A DNA stretch of 64,000 nucleotides. Source: a virus (taxonomy: Duplodnaviria; Caudoviricetes). Numbering within the stretch: the stretch's first letter is position 1; each line of letters starts with the position of its first letter. Below are positions 34,788 to 43,438 of this stretch, piece by piece. The notes below the pieces were generated by a model. It was not told the DNA's origin. It saw only the letters and a program-made list of their open reading frames with translations, and did no database searches. A program made the position numbers and the translations under genes. Location: the IMG/VR virus record IMGVR_UViG_3300037762_000184, positions 1 to 64,000 of that record, one strand, 5' to 3'.

Positions 34788-35227
34788 TGCTCGCTTCCTC
34801 CCCACCCTTCGGCTGCAACCTCTGCGGATGGACCGGCGACCGGAGCGCCACAACGCTTCACCCTTCCGGCGCCCGCGGCTGCCCGGCCTGCACTGCTACA
34901 GAGGGCCTTACGCCCATCGCCGTGACTGGCGCGAAACTCGTGAAGGAGAGCGGGCTTGATGAACGGTTTTTCTCTCCTGCGATGCCTCCGGACACGCACC
35001 CTCTACGGTTAGAAGCGTGCCGTTCGTGCGGCGGGCCAACATGCCTAGACGGCGTGCGATACTTCTTCGCCTGGCCGTTCGGTGGCGTCGGCGAGACGGT
35101 AGCGCCAGGCCTCCAGGCGGAGCCTCTGTGCGATGGTTGCGAAAAGACTCTAAAGGCCAATGAAGTGCTCGCCGCGCTGCATCCCGACCACCGCATGCGC
35201 TTTCCTCAACGGGAGCATTCGCGCTGA
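34787..35227 (+). CDS. Cys-rich zinc-binding protein
   Basis: four CxxC pairs. Confidence 0.6.
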   Translation: MLASSPPFGCNLCGWTGDRSATTLHPSGARGCPACTATEGLTPIAVTGAKLVKESGLDERFFSPAMPPDTHPLRLEACRSCGGPTCLDGVRYFFAWPFGGVGETVAPGLQAEPLCDGCEKTLKANEVLAALHPDHRMRFPQREHSR

Positions 35228-36636
35228 TGCCCTCCCGCCCCACAGCAGGGAAGACCGACGAGCTGGCCTTGCGCTACGTCCCCCTCGACCAGGTGCAGCG
35301 GTGGGACCGCAACCCCAAGCGCCACGACTTCGGCGCTCTCATCCAGTCGATCCAGCGCTACGGCTTCAAGGACCCGCCGAAGGTCGAGCCGGCCCTGAAC
35401 GGCGGGGAGGGTGGAGTTGTCGAGGGCAACGGTCGCGCCGAGGCCCTGGCGATGATGCAGGCGGACGGCGCCGAGGCTCCCCGTGGCATCGCGGTCGACA
35501 AGCAGGGCCGGTGGTGCGTCCCGGTCCTCTTCGGCGTGGACGCTCGATCGAAGGCCGAGGCGGAAGCCTACGGGGTGGACCACAACAACCTGACGCTCTC
35601 CGGCGGCGACCTCGGGATCGACGCGATCCTCGGCATCTGGGATGAAGACCCGCTGCGCGACCTTCTCGCCAGCCTGGCGGCTGACGGCGAGATGCCGGTG
35701 TCTCTCGACGGCGACGACCTCGACGCGCTGCTGAACCATCCGGGCGAGGTAGTAGAGGACGAAGCCCCCGAGCCTTCGAACGAACTCCAAGAGAAGTGGC
35801 AGGTGAAGACCGGCCAGCTCTGGGGCATCGGACGGCATCGGGTGCTGTGCGGGGACTCGACGAAGGTGGAGGACACGGGGCGGCTGATGGGCGGAGAGCG
35901 GGTTGGACTCTGCTTCACCTCGCCACCCTACGCACAGCAGCGCGACTACACCGCAGAAGCGAAGGCGGGACTGGCGGATTGGGATGCGCTGATGCAGGGC
36001 GTCTTCGCGAACGTCCTGATGACCGACGACGGGCAGGTGCTCGTGAACCTCGGTCTCGTTCACAGGGACGGCGAGTGGCAGCCCTATTGGGACGGCTGGA
36101 TTGCTTGGATGCGAGAGCAGGGATGGCGGCGATTCGGGTGGTATGTGTGGGATCAGGGGGCTGGAATGATGGGCGACTGGAACGGTCGCCTCGCGCCGTC
36201 GTTTGAGTTCATCTGGCACTTCAACCGAGCGCCTGTGAAAGCGCGTAAGGCGCGGGAGTGTAAGCACGCGGGGGAGGCACACGGGGGCAAGGGGCAGCGC
36301 GGGGCAGACGGAACAGTCAAGGCGCGACACAGCGGCAAGGCGCCAGTGCGGTCGCATGCCATTCACGACAGCGTGCTCCGCGTTCCTCGCCAGGGCGCAG
36401 CGAGGGGGGCCCTTGGGCATCCAGCGCCGTATCCTGCCGGCCTGCCGGGACGCATCATCGAGTCCTGGCCCGGGAACGTCTACGACCCCTTCCTCGGCTC
36501 CGGCACCACCCTAATCGCAGCAGAGCAGCTCGGCCGCCGCTGTTTCGGCTTGGAGATCAGCCCGGAGTACGTCGCAGTCATCCTCGAGCGAGCGGAGAGG
36601 TTCGGGCTCACGCCGAAGCTGGAGAGCGATGGCTAA
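35227..36636 (+). CDS. ParB-like + N4/N6 DNA methyltransferase fusion
   Basis: N-terminal NPKRHD...SIQRYGF...VVEGNGR; HRVLCGDS, FTSPPY, DPFLGSGTT. Confidence 0.92.
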   Translation: MPSRPTAGKTDELALRYVPLDQVQRWDRNPKRHDFGALIQSIQRYGFKDPPKVEPALNGGEGGVVEGNGRAEALAMMQADGAEAPRGIAVDKQGRWCVPVLFGVDARSKAEAEAYGVDHNNLTLSGGDLGIDAILGIWDEDPLRDLLASLAADGEMPVSLDGDDLDALLNHPGEVVEDEAPEPSNELQEKWQVKTGQLWGIGRHRVLCGDSTKVEDTGRLMGGERVGLCFTSPPYAQQRDYTAEAKAGLADWDALMQGVFANVLMTDDGQVLVNLGLVHRDGEWQPYWDGWIAWMREQGWRRFGWYVWDQGAGMMGDWNGRLAPSFEFIWHFNRAPVKARKARECKHAGEAHGGKGQRGADGTVKARHSGKAPVRSHAIHDSVLRVPRQGAARGALGHPAPYPAGLPGRIIESWPGNVYDPFLGSGTTLIAAEQLGRRCFGLEISPEYVAVILERAERFGLTPKLESDG

Positions 36637-37006
36637 GAAGAGGCCGGTGGGCCGCCCTCGCTTCGAGTTCGATCTCGCCCTGGTCGAGCGTCTGGCGCAG
36701 ATCAGTTGCACGGACGCGGAGATCGCTGCGGCCTGCGGCTGCGCCCTCTCGACGTTCACGCTGCGGAAGGCGGAGGACGCGGAGTTTTCGGATGCCATAG
36801 AAAGGGCGCGGGAGTCTGGTAAATCCTCGCTGCGTCGCGCTCAGTGGAAGGCTGCTCTCGGCGGGGACCGGACGATGCTGATCTGGCTGGGGAAGCAGCA
36901 CCTCGGGCAGAGTGACAAGTCCGAGCTTGCTGGTCATGGAGGCGGCCCAATCTCCGTCGAGCGGATCGAGCGGGTGATCATCGACCCCGCATCCGAAGCG
37001 CCGTGA
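36629..37006 (+). CDS. terS: terminase small subunit
   Basis: GRPR + HTH, GKSSLRRAQWKAA..GD..MLIWLGKQ.LGQ; upstream of terL. Confidence 0.85.
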   Translation: MAKKRPVGRPRFEFDLALVERLAQISCTDAEIAAACGCALSTFTLRKAEDAEFSDAIERARESGKSSLRRAQWKAALGGDRTMLIWLGKQHLGQSDKSELAGHGGGPISVERIERVIIDPASEAP

Positions 37007-37010
37007 TCCC

Positions 37011-38309
37011 GTGGCGGCTCCGGCTCTCCTGCTAGAGACTCCCCGGGCCTTCCAGCCCCTACTCGCTCCGGCGAGGTACAAGGGCGCCCACGGTGGCCGC
37101 GGAGGCGCCAAGAGCTGGTTCTTCGCCGAGCTGCTGGTAGAGCGCTGCATCCTCCAGCCGGACACCCGCGCCGTTTGCGTCCGCGAGGTTCAACGCTCAC
37201 TCGACCAATCGGTGAAGCGGCTCCTCGAGGACACCATCGCCCGGCTAGGCGTCGGCTCCCTGTTCCGCGTCCTGAATACGCATATCGAGACGCTTGCCGG
37301 TGGCCGCATCATCTTCCAGGGGATGCAGAACCACACGAGCGAGAGCATCAAGTCTCTGGAGGGCTACGATGTTGCCTGGGTAGAGGAGGCGCAGGCGCTC
37401 AGCCAGCGCTCCCTCGACCTGCTACGCCCCACGATCCGCAAGGACGGCAGCGAGCTGTGGTTCTCATGGAACCCCAAGAGCCCCGCGGACCCGATCGACT
37501 CCTTCCTCCGCGGCGAGAACCCGCCGCCTTCGTCCGTCGTGGTCGAGACGAGCTGGCGGGATAACCCGTGGCTGCCGGCGGAGCTGCGGACCGAGCTCGA
37601 ATGGGATCGCCAGCGCGATCCCGGCAAGTACGCCCACGTTTGGGGCGGCGACTACCTCCGGCGGACCGAGGCGCGGGTCTTCAATAACTGGACGGTGGAG
37701 GATTTCGACACGCCGGACGATGTGCGCTTCTACTTCGGCGGGGATTGGGGCTTCAGCGTGGACCCGGCGGTCCTTGTGCGCTGCTGGATCGACGGCCGGA
37801 AGCTCTACATCGACCGGGAGGCATACAAGATCGGGTGCGAGATCGACTACCTGCCGTTCCTCTTCGGCGGCATCGAAGATGAAGGGCTACGCCGGTTGAA
37901 CGCCGAAGCCTGGAAGGCGATGCCTCAGGCGTACCGGGGATGGCAGGGGATCGATGGCGCGCGGGTCTGGCCGCTGATCGCCGATAGCGCTAGACCGGAA
38001 ACGATCGACTACCTCAAGCGCCACGGATTCCCGAAGATCGAAGCGGCGCGGAAGGGGGCGGGGAGTGTCGAGGAGGGCGTCGAGTTTCTGCGTGCCCACG
38101 ACATCGTGATTCACTCCCGATGCATCCACACCGCTGACGAGTTCGCGACCTACAGCTACAAGACCGACCGGCTGACGGATGAGGTACTGCCGGTGCTGGA
38201 GGACCGCAAGAACCACGTCATCGACTCGGCACGCTACGCGGTGGAGAAGGTCCGCCAGGCTCCCAAGAAGGCAGCCGGCGTCTGGGGATCGCGGCGGCGC
38301 GGTAGGTAG
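37011..38309 (+). CDS. terL: terminase large subunit (PBSX/Terminase_3 type)
   Basis: GGRGGAKS Walker A, WVEEA Walker B, SWNP, GGDWGF, ADSA, NHVIDSARY. Confidence 0.97.
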   Translation: MAAPALLLETPRAFQPLLAPARYKGAHGGRGGAKSWFFAELLVERCILQPDTRAVCVREVQRSLDQSVKRLLEDTIARLGVGSLFRVLNTHIETLAGGRIIFQGMQNHTSESIKSLEGYDVAWVEEAQALSQRSLDLLRPTIRKDGSELWFSWNPKSPADPIDSFLRGENPPPSSVVVETSWRDNPWLPAELRTELEWDRQRDPGKYAHVWGGDYLRRTEARVFNNWTVEDFDTPDDVRFYFGGDWGFSVDPAVLVRCWIDGRKLYIDREAYKIGCEIDYLPFLFGGIEDEGLRRLNAEAWKAMPQAYRGWQGIDGARVWPLIADSARPETIDYLKRHGFPKIEAARKGAGSVEEGVEFLRAHDIVIHSRCIHTADEFATYSYKTDRLTDEVLPVLEDRKNHVIDSARYAVEKVRQAPKKAAGVWGSRRRGR

Positions 38310-38522
38310 GCCGTACAATCATGCGGCGGGCAAAACCTACAGAGGCGGAAGTCAGGCGGCGGGGCGTAACAGGTCGTAAGCGTAACTCTCTGAGGGGCGC
38401 AGGCTTACACCGGCAGGGTCCGGGAAGATCATTTATGTCAACCTGGGAGGCGTAAGTCCGTAAGTATCGGCAGCCTCGCCACTTGCCGCATTACTGACCC
38501 GCTTCGGGGGGCGGTGTAGGGG

Positions 38523-38861
38523 CTACATTTCGGTTCTGTCCTCGACCCACAGCGCTAGTCCCGACTCGCGATAGTCGGCCCCCGCGGACTCTCTTTGGAC
38601 GCACACGGCGACCAAGGCTTCTAGCGCGGAGGACGCCTCGCGTTTGCTCCTGCCAACGTAGACCGTTGGGATGTCCGGCAAGGTGTAATCACTCCGGCCG
38701 CAGGCGCAGGTCGTCGGGAAGTAGCCGATTTTGATCAACGGCCGACGGGTGGCGCGGGTGGCCCATATCTCCCACCAGACGGGCCGGTCGCCTCGCTTCG
38801 GCGGCGGCTCCGGCTTGACCGCTCCCGGGGGCGGGCGGGTCGGTAGCTTACGGTTAGCCAT
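38523..38861 (-). CDS. hypothetical protein
   Basis: last gene of antisense cassette. Confidence 0.55.
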   Translation of the reverse strand: MANRKLPTRPPPGAVKPEPPPKRGDRPVWWEIWATRATRRPLIKIGYFPTTCACGRSDYTLPDIPTVYVGRSKREASSALEALVAVCVQRESAGADYRESGLALWVEDRTEM

Positions 38862-39285
38862 CGCCGCGCCCCTCCCACTGAGTACAGCCGAAATCATAGC
38901 GAGTGGTCAGGCCGGCGCCCTCAACGGCCATGCCGTCTGCCTTACCGTACGCGCCAGACGCTACTCCGGGGTCGCCTTCCGAGGCCCTGCGCTGTTCGTC
39001 GCGGGCCAAGACGCACTCGCCATGGTCTAGCGGGCTCACGGCAAGGCCGCCCGGACCCCATGACTGTTGCCACCACCGACACATGTCGCAGCGCGGCAGC
39101 GGCATCACCGCCAGTGGTTCGCTAGCGAGCGTGAGAGCGTTGCGGGCTACCTCGTGCTGGCGACCGAAGCCGCTGGCGACGACCACGTACCACGCCTCTC
39201 TCCCGTAAGGGACGCCGACCACGATGCCGATCTCCCCGCTCGCCTTGTGACGCACGCGATCCTCGACCGCTAATTGTTCGCTCAC
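38854..39285 (-). CDS. hypothetical protein with Cys motif
   Basis: RCDMCRWW...GECV...FGCTQWE. Confidence 0.6.
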   Translation of the reverse strand: MSEQLAVEDRVRHKASGEIGIVVGVPYGREAWYVVVASGFGRQHEVARNALTLASEPLAVMPLPRCDMCRWWQQSWGPGGLAVSPLDHGECVLARDEQRRASEGDPGVASGAYGKADGMAVEGAGLTTRYDFGCTQWEGRGDG

Positions 39286-39659
39286 TGCGCGCCTCCGTTG
39301 TCCGCCAAGCAGTCGTAGAAGATCCGGGTGTGCGTCATCTGCTGCCCGCTCCAGTCCTCGGCCTTCATGAACTGCTCCTCGCTCACCACCTCCCACTCGG
39401 CGCCGCCGTGGTTCGCGGTGCACAGCTTGGCGATCCGGTTGTAAGCCTTCTGCGGGCCGGCCAGCTCTGAGTAGACGACCGCGCCGTCTACGCGCGGGTC
39501 CACGTTGGCCGGGGCGTTGCGCATGTTGGCTGGGGACGGCTCGGCGGTGACGCAGGCAAGCGCCAGCACCAGCAGAGCCGGGAGCAGCAGGGCTGCGCAC
39601 CCGTAGCGGACCTCGACATTCGGGGGTGCGGTGGGGAGGGGTGGCTTGGTCGGCGTCAC
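39282..39659 (-). CDS. putative lipoprotein
   Basis: hydrophobic signal with lipobox ALAC. Confidence 0.6.
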   Translation of the reverse strand: MTPTKPPLPTAPPNVEVRYGCAALLLPALLVLALACVTAEPSPANMRNAPANVDPRVDGAVVYSELAGPQKAYNRIAKLCTANHGGAEWEVVSEEQFMKAEDWSGQQMTHTRIFYDCLADNGGAQ

Positions 39660-39922
39660 GATGCCTCCTCTTCGGTAGTCCATCGTTCGGCGAACCCTGC
39701 CGGCATGCCATCCGGCCAGCCGTACTCCGCCCAGCAGAACGCGGCCAAGCTGCGGATGGCGTCCGCGCTGGGCGTTTGGTGGTCGATCCGGGCGAGTTCC
39801 GAGATCTTGGCGTTGAGGCAGGCGTCAGCAGCGGTCCTGTTGCCTACCGTGCCGGTTGGGGCGCCCGCGCCATCGCAGCCGAGCAGCAGGGCGGGGAGTA
39901 GGGCGAAGAGGGGGAGCTTCAT
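39656..39922 (-). CDS. putative lipoprotein
   Basis: MKLPLFALLPALLLG|C lipobox. Confidence 0.7.
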   Translation of the reverse strand: MKLPLFALLPALLLGCDGAGAPTGTVGNRTAADACLNAKISELARIDHQTPSADAIRSLAAFCWAEYGWPDGMPAGFAERWTTEEEAS

Positions 39923-40167
39923 GCGCGACCTCCTGAGTCGGTAGCGATTCGCGCCTCCAGCGCGGCGACCCGGTCCTCCAGCGCCCAGAAGTCCCGCCAC
40001 ATCGGAGCGTGCGAGGCCATCAACCGCTCGTCTTGACGGGGGACGAACTCGTGCTCGGGTTCGGTGTAGCCGCTGCCGCCTTCGGGGGCTTGCTTGTAGT
40101 GCGCCGCCGCGACGTGCCCGCAGACGGCGCAATGGTTGTAGTAGCCGGGGAGGTCGGCGAGCGTCAC
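39919..40167 (-). CDS. small Cys/His protein with coiled-coil tail
   Basis: HCAVCGH...H...HEF; GGAGG SD. Confidence 0.6.
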   Translation of the reverse strand: MTLADLPGYYNHCAVCGHVAAAHYKQAPEGGSGYTEPEHEFVPRQDERLMASHAPMWRDFWALEDRVAALEARIATDSGGRA

Positions 40168-40535
40168 CGCTTCACCTCCACCACGAGCCCCTTGGGGCAA
40201 ATCGACAAGCGAAACACTGTGTAGCCAAAGGTGAGCCCGTCCTCTTCGAACTCCACACTTCCCTCGATAGTCACATCCTTGACTTCGTGGTACCCCGGAG
40301 CAGACAACGCCTCAGAGGGCTCCAGAACGCGGCCGAATTGCGCTCTCGGTAATGGAGCCACCCAGTGCTCGCGAAAGCCGTTGACTTGCACCGGAGTGAC
40401 GAGGACGCGATCCTCTAGCGCTTCGCGCTCCCATTGCAGTGTCTCTTCGTCGATCGGGGTGGTAATGGGAATGCCGCCCCGGTAGACGTAGCCAGGGGCC
40501 GGCTCGGCGGCGGTTGCGGTTGGGGTGCTAGGCAT
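40164..40535 (-). CDS. hypothetical protein
   Basis: CAGGAG SD. Confidence 0.6.
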   Translation of the reverse strand: MPSTPTATAAEPAPGYVYRGGIPITTPIDEETLQWEREALEDRVLVTPVQVNGFREHWVAPLPRAQFGRVLEPSEALSAPGYHEVKDVTIEGSVEFEEDGLTFGYTVFRLSICPKGLVVEVKR

Positions 40536-40695
40536 GGGGTGTCTCCTGGTGGGTTGTGGTGGCGACTAGCCTCCGCGCCGCGATCTCTACGGCTGCGGAG
40601 CGTGAGAGTCCGTTCGCCTTTGCGTAGGCGTCGAGGATGCGCAGGGCCTCCTCGGTCAGCGTCAAGCTGGTTCGCCGCTTCGTGTCCTTGCTCAA
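40528..40695 (-). CDS. CopG/RHH regulator directly downstream of the pentamer array
   Basis: TTG with AAAGGAGG SD; RTSLTLTEEALRILDAYAKANGLSRSAAVEIA. Confidence 0.85.
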   Translation of the reverse strand: MSKDTKRRTSLTLTEEALRILDAYAKANGLSRSAAVEIAARRLVATTTHQETPHA

Positions 40696-40725
40696 GTCGT
40701 CCCTCCTTTCAGGGTGGTTCATAGG

Positions 40726-41386
40726 ATGCCTGCCTAGCGACGTCTGTCCCCGCCTCGCCCTTCCGCTCCGCGCCTCGCCATTCCTGTCTAGCCTTGCCCG
40801 GGCTTGCCTGTCCAGGCCGCGCCACGCCTGCCGTGATTGCCACGCCCGGCCTAGGCTAGCCCGGCGATGCTCAGCCCAGCGACGCCTGCCTTGCCTTTCC
40901 AGTGCTCGCCCCGCCGTTCCGCGCCTTGCCTGCCGCGCCGTACCGGCTGTGCCTTGCACCGCCTAGCCGGGCCGATCCCTGCCGCCCCTCACCCCGCCTA
41001 ACCGGTCCGCGCCTGCCGCGCATCTGCCTTGCCTCGCCTTGCCGCGGCAGGCCTGTACTAGCCCATTCTCGCCCTGCCTCGCCTGTCACGCCAACCCTTG
41101 CCTCGCCGCACCATGCCCCGCCCCTCCCTGCCTCGTCTAGCCTGCCTTGGCCGGCCAGTCCTCGCCTGTTCGCGCCGCGCCAAGCCGGGCGACCCCTTGC
41201 CTGCCGCGCCTTGCCTGTCCGAGCCTGTCGTGCCGAGCCCGGCCAAGCCACTCTGTGCCTAGCCCGTCCTAGTCATGCCTGCCGTGCCTATCCGGGCCGC
41301 GCCCCGCCTAGCCGGGCCTTGCCTGCGATGCCGCACCGTTCCCTACCGAGCCAGGCGGCGCCGGGGCTAGCCGGTCCCCGCCTGCC
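40726..41386 (-). ncRNA. array of GGC-NN pentamer repeats, putative guide-RNA array
   Basis: 5-nt periodic GG(C/A/T)-NN on minus strand, broken by 4-nt GGC-A steps into about 12 units; starts 10 nt after the upstream stop codon. Confidence 0.75.
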
Positions 41387-41395
41387 GCGTCGACT

Positions 41396-41896
41396 TTAGT
41401 GAATCGCCTTCACTGCCGAAGCCGCCGCGTCCATCGCTCGCATCGCGAGAGCGATCCTCGCCATGCGCTCGCTGTCCAGCGTACCGGCGGCGGCTGTCTC
41501 CAGATCCGCCAGCGCCCTGGCTGCTGCGTTCATCTTCGCGTTCAGCTCGCCCACCGCCGCCGTGAACATATCCGGCGACCGGATCACCTGCTCGACGGGG
41601 TGGTAGGCGTCCTGGACGTGGACGTAGACCTTCGTCGCCAGCGGTTCCTCGCCGTCGCGATCCTCGACGACTTCGATGCTGCGGATCAGCTTGCGGGCCT
41701 GATGCTCCCGCCACTTCTCCCCGGCCACGCCGTTGTTCCACTCGAAAGCCGGATGCAGGGCGGCCGTCTTCGGTCGCGCCTCCTCGACGACCTCAGCCGG
41801 CCGCAGCCCTTCGCGCTCCGCGTGGATGCGCTCCAGCTCTACGCCTACCGCCTCGGCGTCCACTCCGGCGGGACACCTCTTCAACCGAAACGTCAT
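41396..41896 (-). CDS. conserved-type partner protein of the Cas7-like gene
   Basis: GLRPAEVVEEAR...LHPAFEWNN..AGEKWREHQARKLIRSIEV; ATGA overlap with Cas7-like gene. Confidence 0.8.
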   Translation of the reverse strand: MTFRLKRCPAGVDAEAVGVELERIHAEREGLRPAEVVEEARPKTAALHPAFEWNNGVAGEKWREHQARKLIRSIEVVEDRDGEEPLATKVYVHVQDAYHPVEQVIRSPDMFTAAVGELNAKMNAAARALADLETAAAGTLDSERMARIALAMRAMDAAASAVKAIH

Positions 41897-42558
41897 GCTG
41901 CCGCCTCCTCTTCTTCGTTGACGATCTTGAACGTGCCGAACCCCATGCCGTTGCTCGACTTGGAGAACGGGCGACCTTCGCCGATGCCGACCTGTTCACC
42001 CGCACGAGCCACGAGGTTCGCCACGTCCTCGATAGTGAACTGGTCGGCGTCATACCGGACCACGATGTTGAGTACCCACTTCCGCCACATGGGGCGGACC
42101 CGAATGTCGGCCACGCCGGTCGCGTTGCGGGTCGCCATTTCGGTACGCTCCGGCTCCCCGGCGTCGAGCTTGACGAGCGGCGCGCCGTCCACCGCGTCGA
42201 AGCCGTCCGCCTCGACGAAGACCGACATCTTCGCCCGCGTCATTTGGAAGCCGACCATCCGGCACACGTCGATACAGGCGTTCCGCAGCGCCGCCGCCGG
42301 GACGCCGATCCACCCGTCCGTCGAGCGGTGGAGTGCGCCCTCGAAATCGGCGTCGAAGTCGCGCGCCTCTCGCTTCGACCCCTTCTTGGCGGTACTGCCC
42401 GCCAGCATCTTCGTCTTCATCGCCTGCATCGCCTTGGCGCTGAACCTCGCCTGCATGAACGGCGCGGTGCCTTCGATGCGGAGCGAAAGACGGTGAAACT
42501 TCGGTGGGGTGATGCCGACGGCCGCCGGGGTGCTGGACTTCGTTCCTGCTGCTGCCAT
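41893..42558 (-). CDS. Cas7/RAMP-like protein
   Basis: RLSLRIEGTAPF first strand, GVPAAALRNAC RAMP motif, C-terminal Gly-rich loop GEQVGIGEGRPFSKSSNGMGFGTF. Confidence 0.75.
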   Translation of the reverse strand: MAAAGTKSSTPAAVGITPPKFHRLSLRIEGTAPFMQARFSAKAMQAMKTKMLAGSTAKKGSKREARDFDADFEGALHRSTDGWIGVPAAALRNACIDVCRMVGFQMTRAKMSVFVEADGFDAVDGAPLVKLDAGEPERTEMATRNATGVADIRVRPMWRKWVLNIVVRYDADQFTIEDVANLVARAGEQVGIGEGRPFSKSSNGMGFGTFKIVNEEEEAAA

Positions 42559-42611
42559 GAGAAATGCCTCCCTCGTTCACGTTCACGCACGGAATGCACG
42601 CGACGGGGCGC

Positions 42612-42660
42612 ACTATACGCGAATTCGGGCAGCATGTCCATGGTCGGGTCCAACCATGGA
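42612..42660 (-). promoter_or_regulatory. promoter of Cas7-like operon with overlapping palindrome
   Basis: TGGACA(42635-40)-17-TATAGT(42612-17); inverted repeat TCCATGGT-N8-ACCATGGA at 42637-42660. Confidence 0.65.
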
Positions 42661-42671
42661 AGCCGTGACCC

Positions 42672-43181
42672 TCACCACCTCTCCAATCCGAGGGTGATCG
42701 TTTCCGTCACCTGTTCATAGGTCAGGCCGAGCGCAACCGCTGTCGTGACCAGACGATCTCGACCCGGCAGCCTCAAGCCGTACAGAACCGCCCACACGTC
42801 ATCAGCGCTCATGTGGTCGAGACGCGACGCGATCTCGGCGCTTGTCGTGCGCGACGCGCGGGCTTGCTGCCGAACGAGTCGGCGAAGAGAGCGGCGCCCA
42901 ATTCGCTCAGGGTCGTGCCGCGGCCTGGCCCTGTTGTAGCGCGGGTGTTCGTTCGTGATGGCTCGCTGCTCGGCGATAAGCGCTGCCGGCCGGCTCGACA
43001 GCCAATCGATGGCGATTGAGGCGACATCGGGCCACCAGAACTTCTCGTGCGAGTGAAGCGCGAACCGCGCGGAGGGATCGCACGAGATGCCGACATAGAG
43101 AAGGTTCCCGGCGGCGTCTACGGCGCGGTAGAGCGCCGTCGGACGCAACTCTTGGAGCGCTTCGCTGGCCCCGGCAATCAC
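42672..43181 (-). CDS. GIY-YIG nuclease fused to C-terminal HTH
   Basis: ALYRAVD..G.LLYVGIS..P.ARF..H...AEQRAI..EHPRYN, then XRE-like helices. Confidence 0.8.
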   Translation of the reverse strand: MIAGASEALQELRPTALYRAVDAAGNLLYVGISCDPSARFALHSHEKFWWPDVASIAIDWLSSRPAALIAEQRAITNEHPRYNRARPRHDPERIGRRSLRRLVRQQARASRTTSAEIASRLDHMSADDVWAVLYGLRLPGRDRLVTTAVALGLTYEQVTETITLGLERW

Positions 43182-43438
43182 CAAGGCGCCAGCCCCAGAC
43201 CTTCCGGCGAGATGACAGTGCCGGCGATCTCTTCGTATCCGATCCCCAGCTCGACCGCCACCGCCCGCAACTTCTCTGGATCGGGCGGTCGTCGGCACCT
43301 AACTTCAATGTGCCGAATATCTTCGGAGTCCACGACGACTCCGGCCGCGGTGCAGTGTGACGCCAGTTCGTCACGACTCATCCTCGCCCGGAGGCGGCGG
43401 CCTTCAATCAGAGTGCGTAGTCGGTAGAAATGGTCCAT
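43178..43438 (-). CDS. XRE-like HTH protein
   Basis: RRLRARMSRDELA...IRHIE...PDPEKLRAVAVELG. Confidence 0.7.
   Translation of the reverse strand: MDHFYRLRTLIEGRRLRARMSRDELASHCTAAGVVVDSEDIRHIEVRCRRPPDPEKLRAVAVELGIGYEEIAGTVISPEGLGLAPW

Noticed and set aside
40726-41386. Canonical CRISPR array or simple microsatellite
   Set aside because: No 25-40-bp identical repeats with spacers. It is also not a homogeneous satellite, because the NN positions vary and the units are regularly delimited.
40528-41399. ORFs over the array (40871-41251, 40902-41399, 41058-41246, 5' part of 40528-40959)
   Set aside because: Arg/Ala/Gly/Pro strings produced by the 5-nt repeat. A period of 5 is not codon-compatible, and only the RHH part from TTG 40695 has an SD and a fold.
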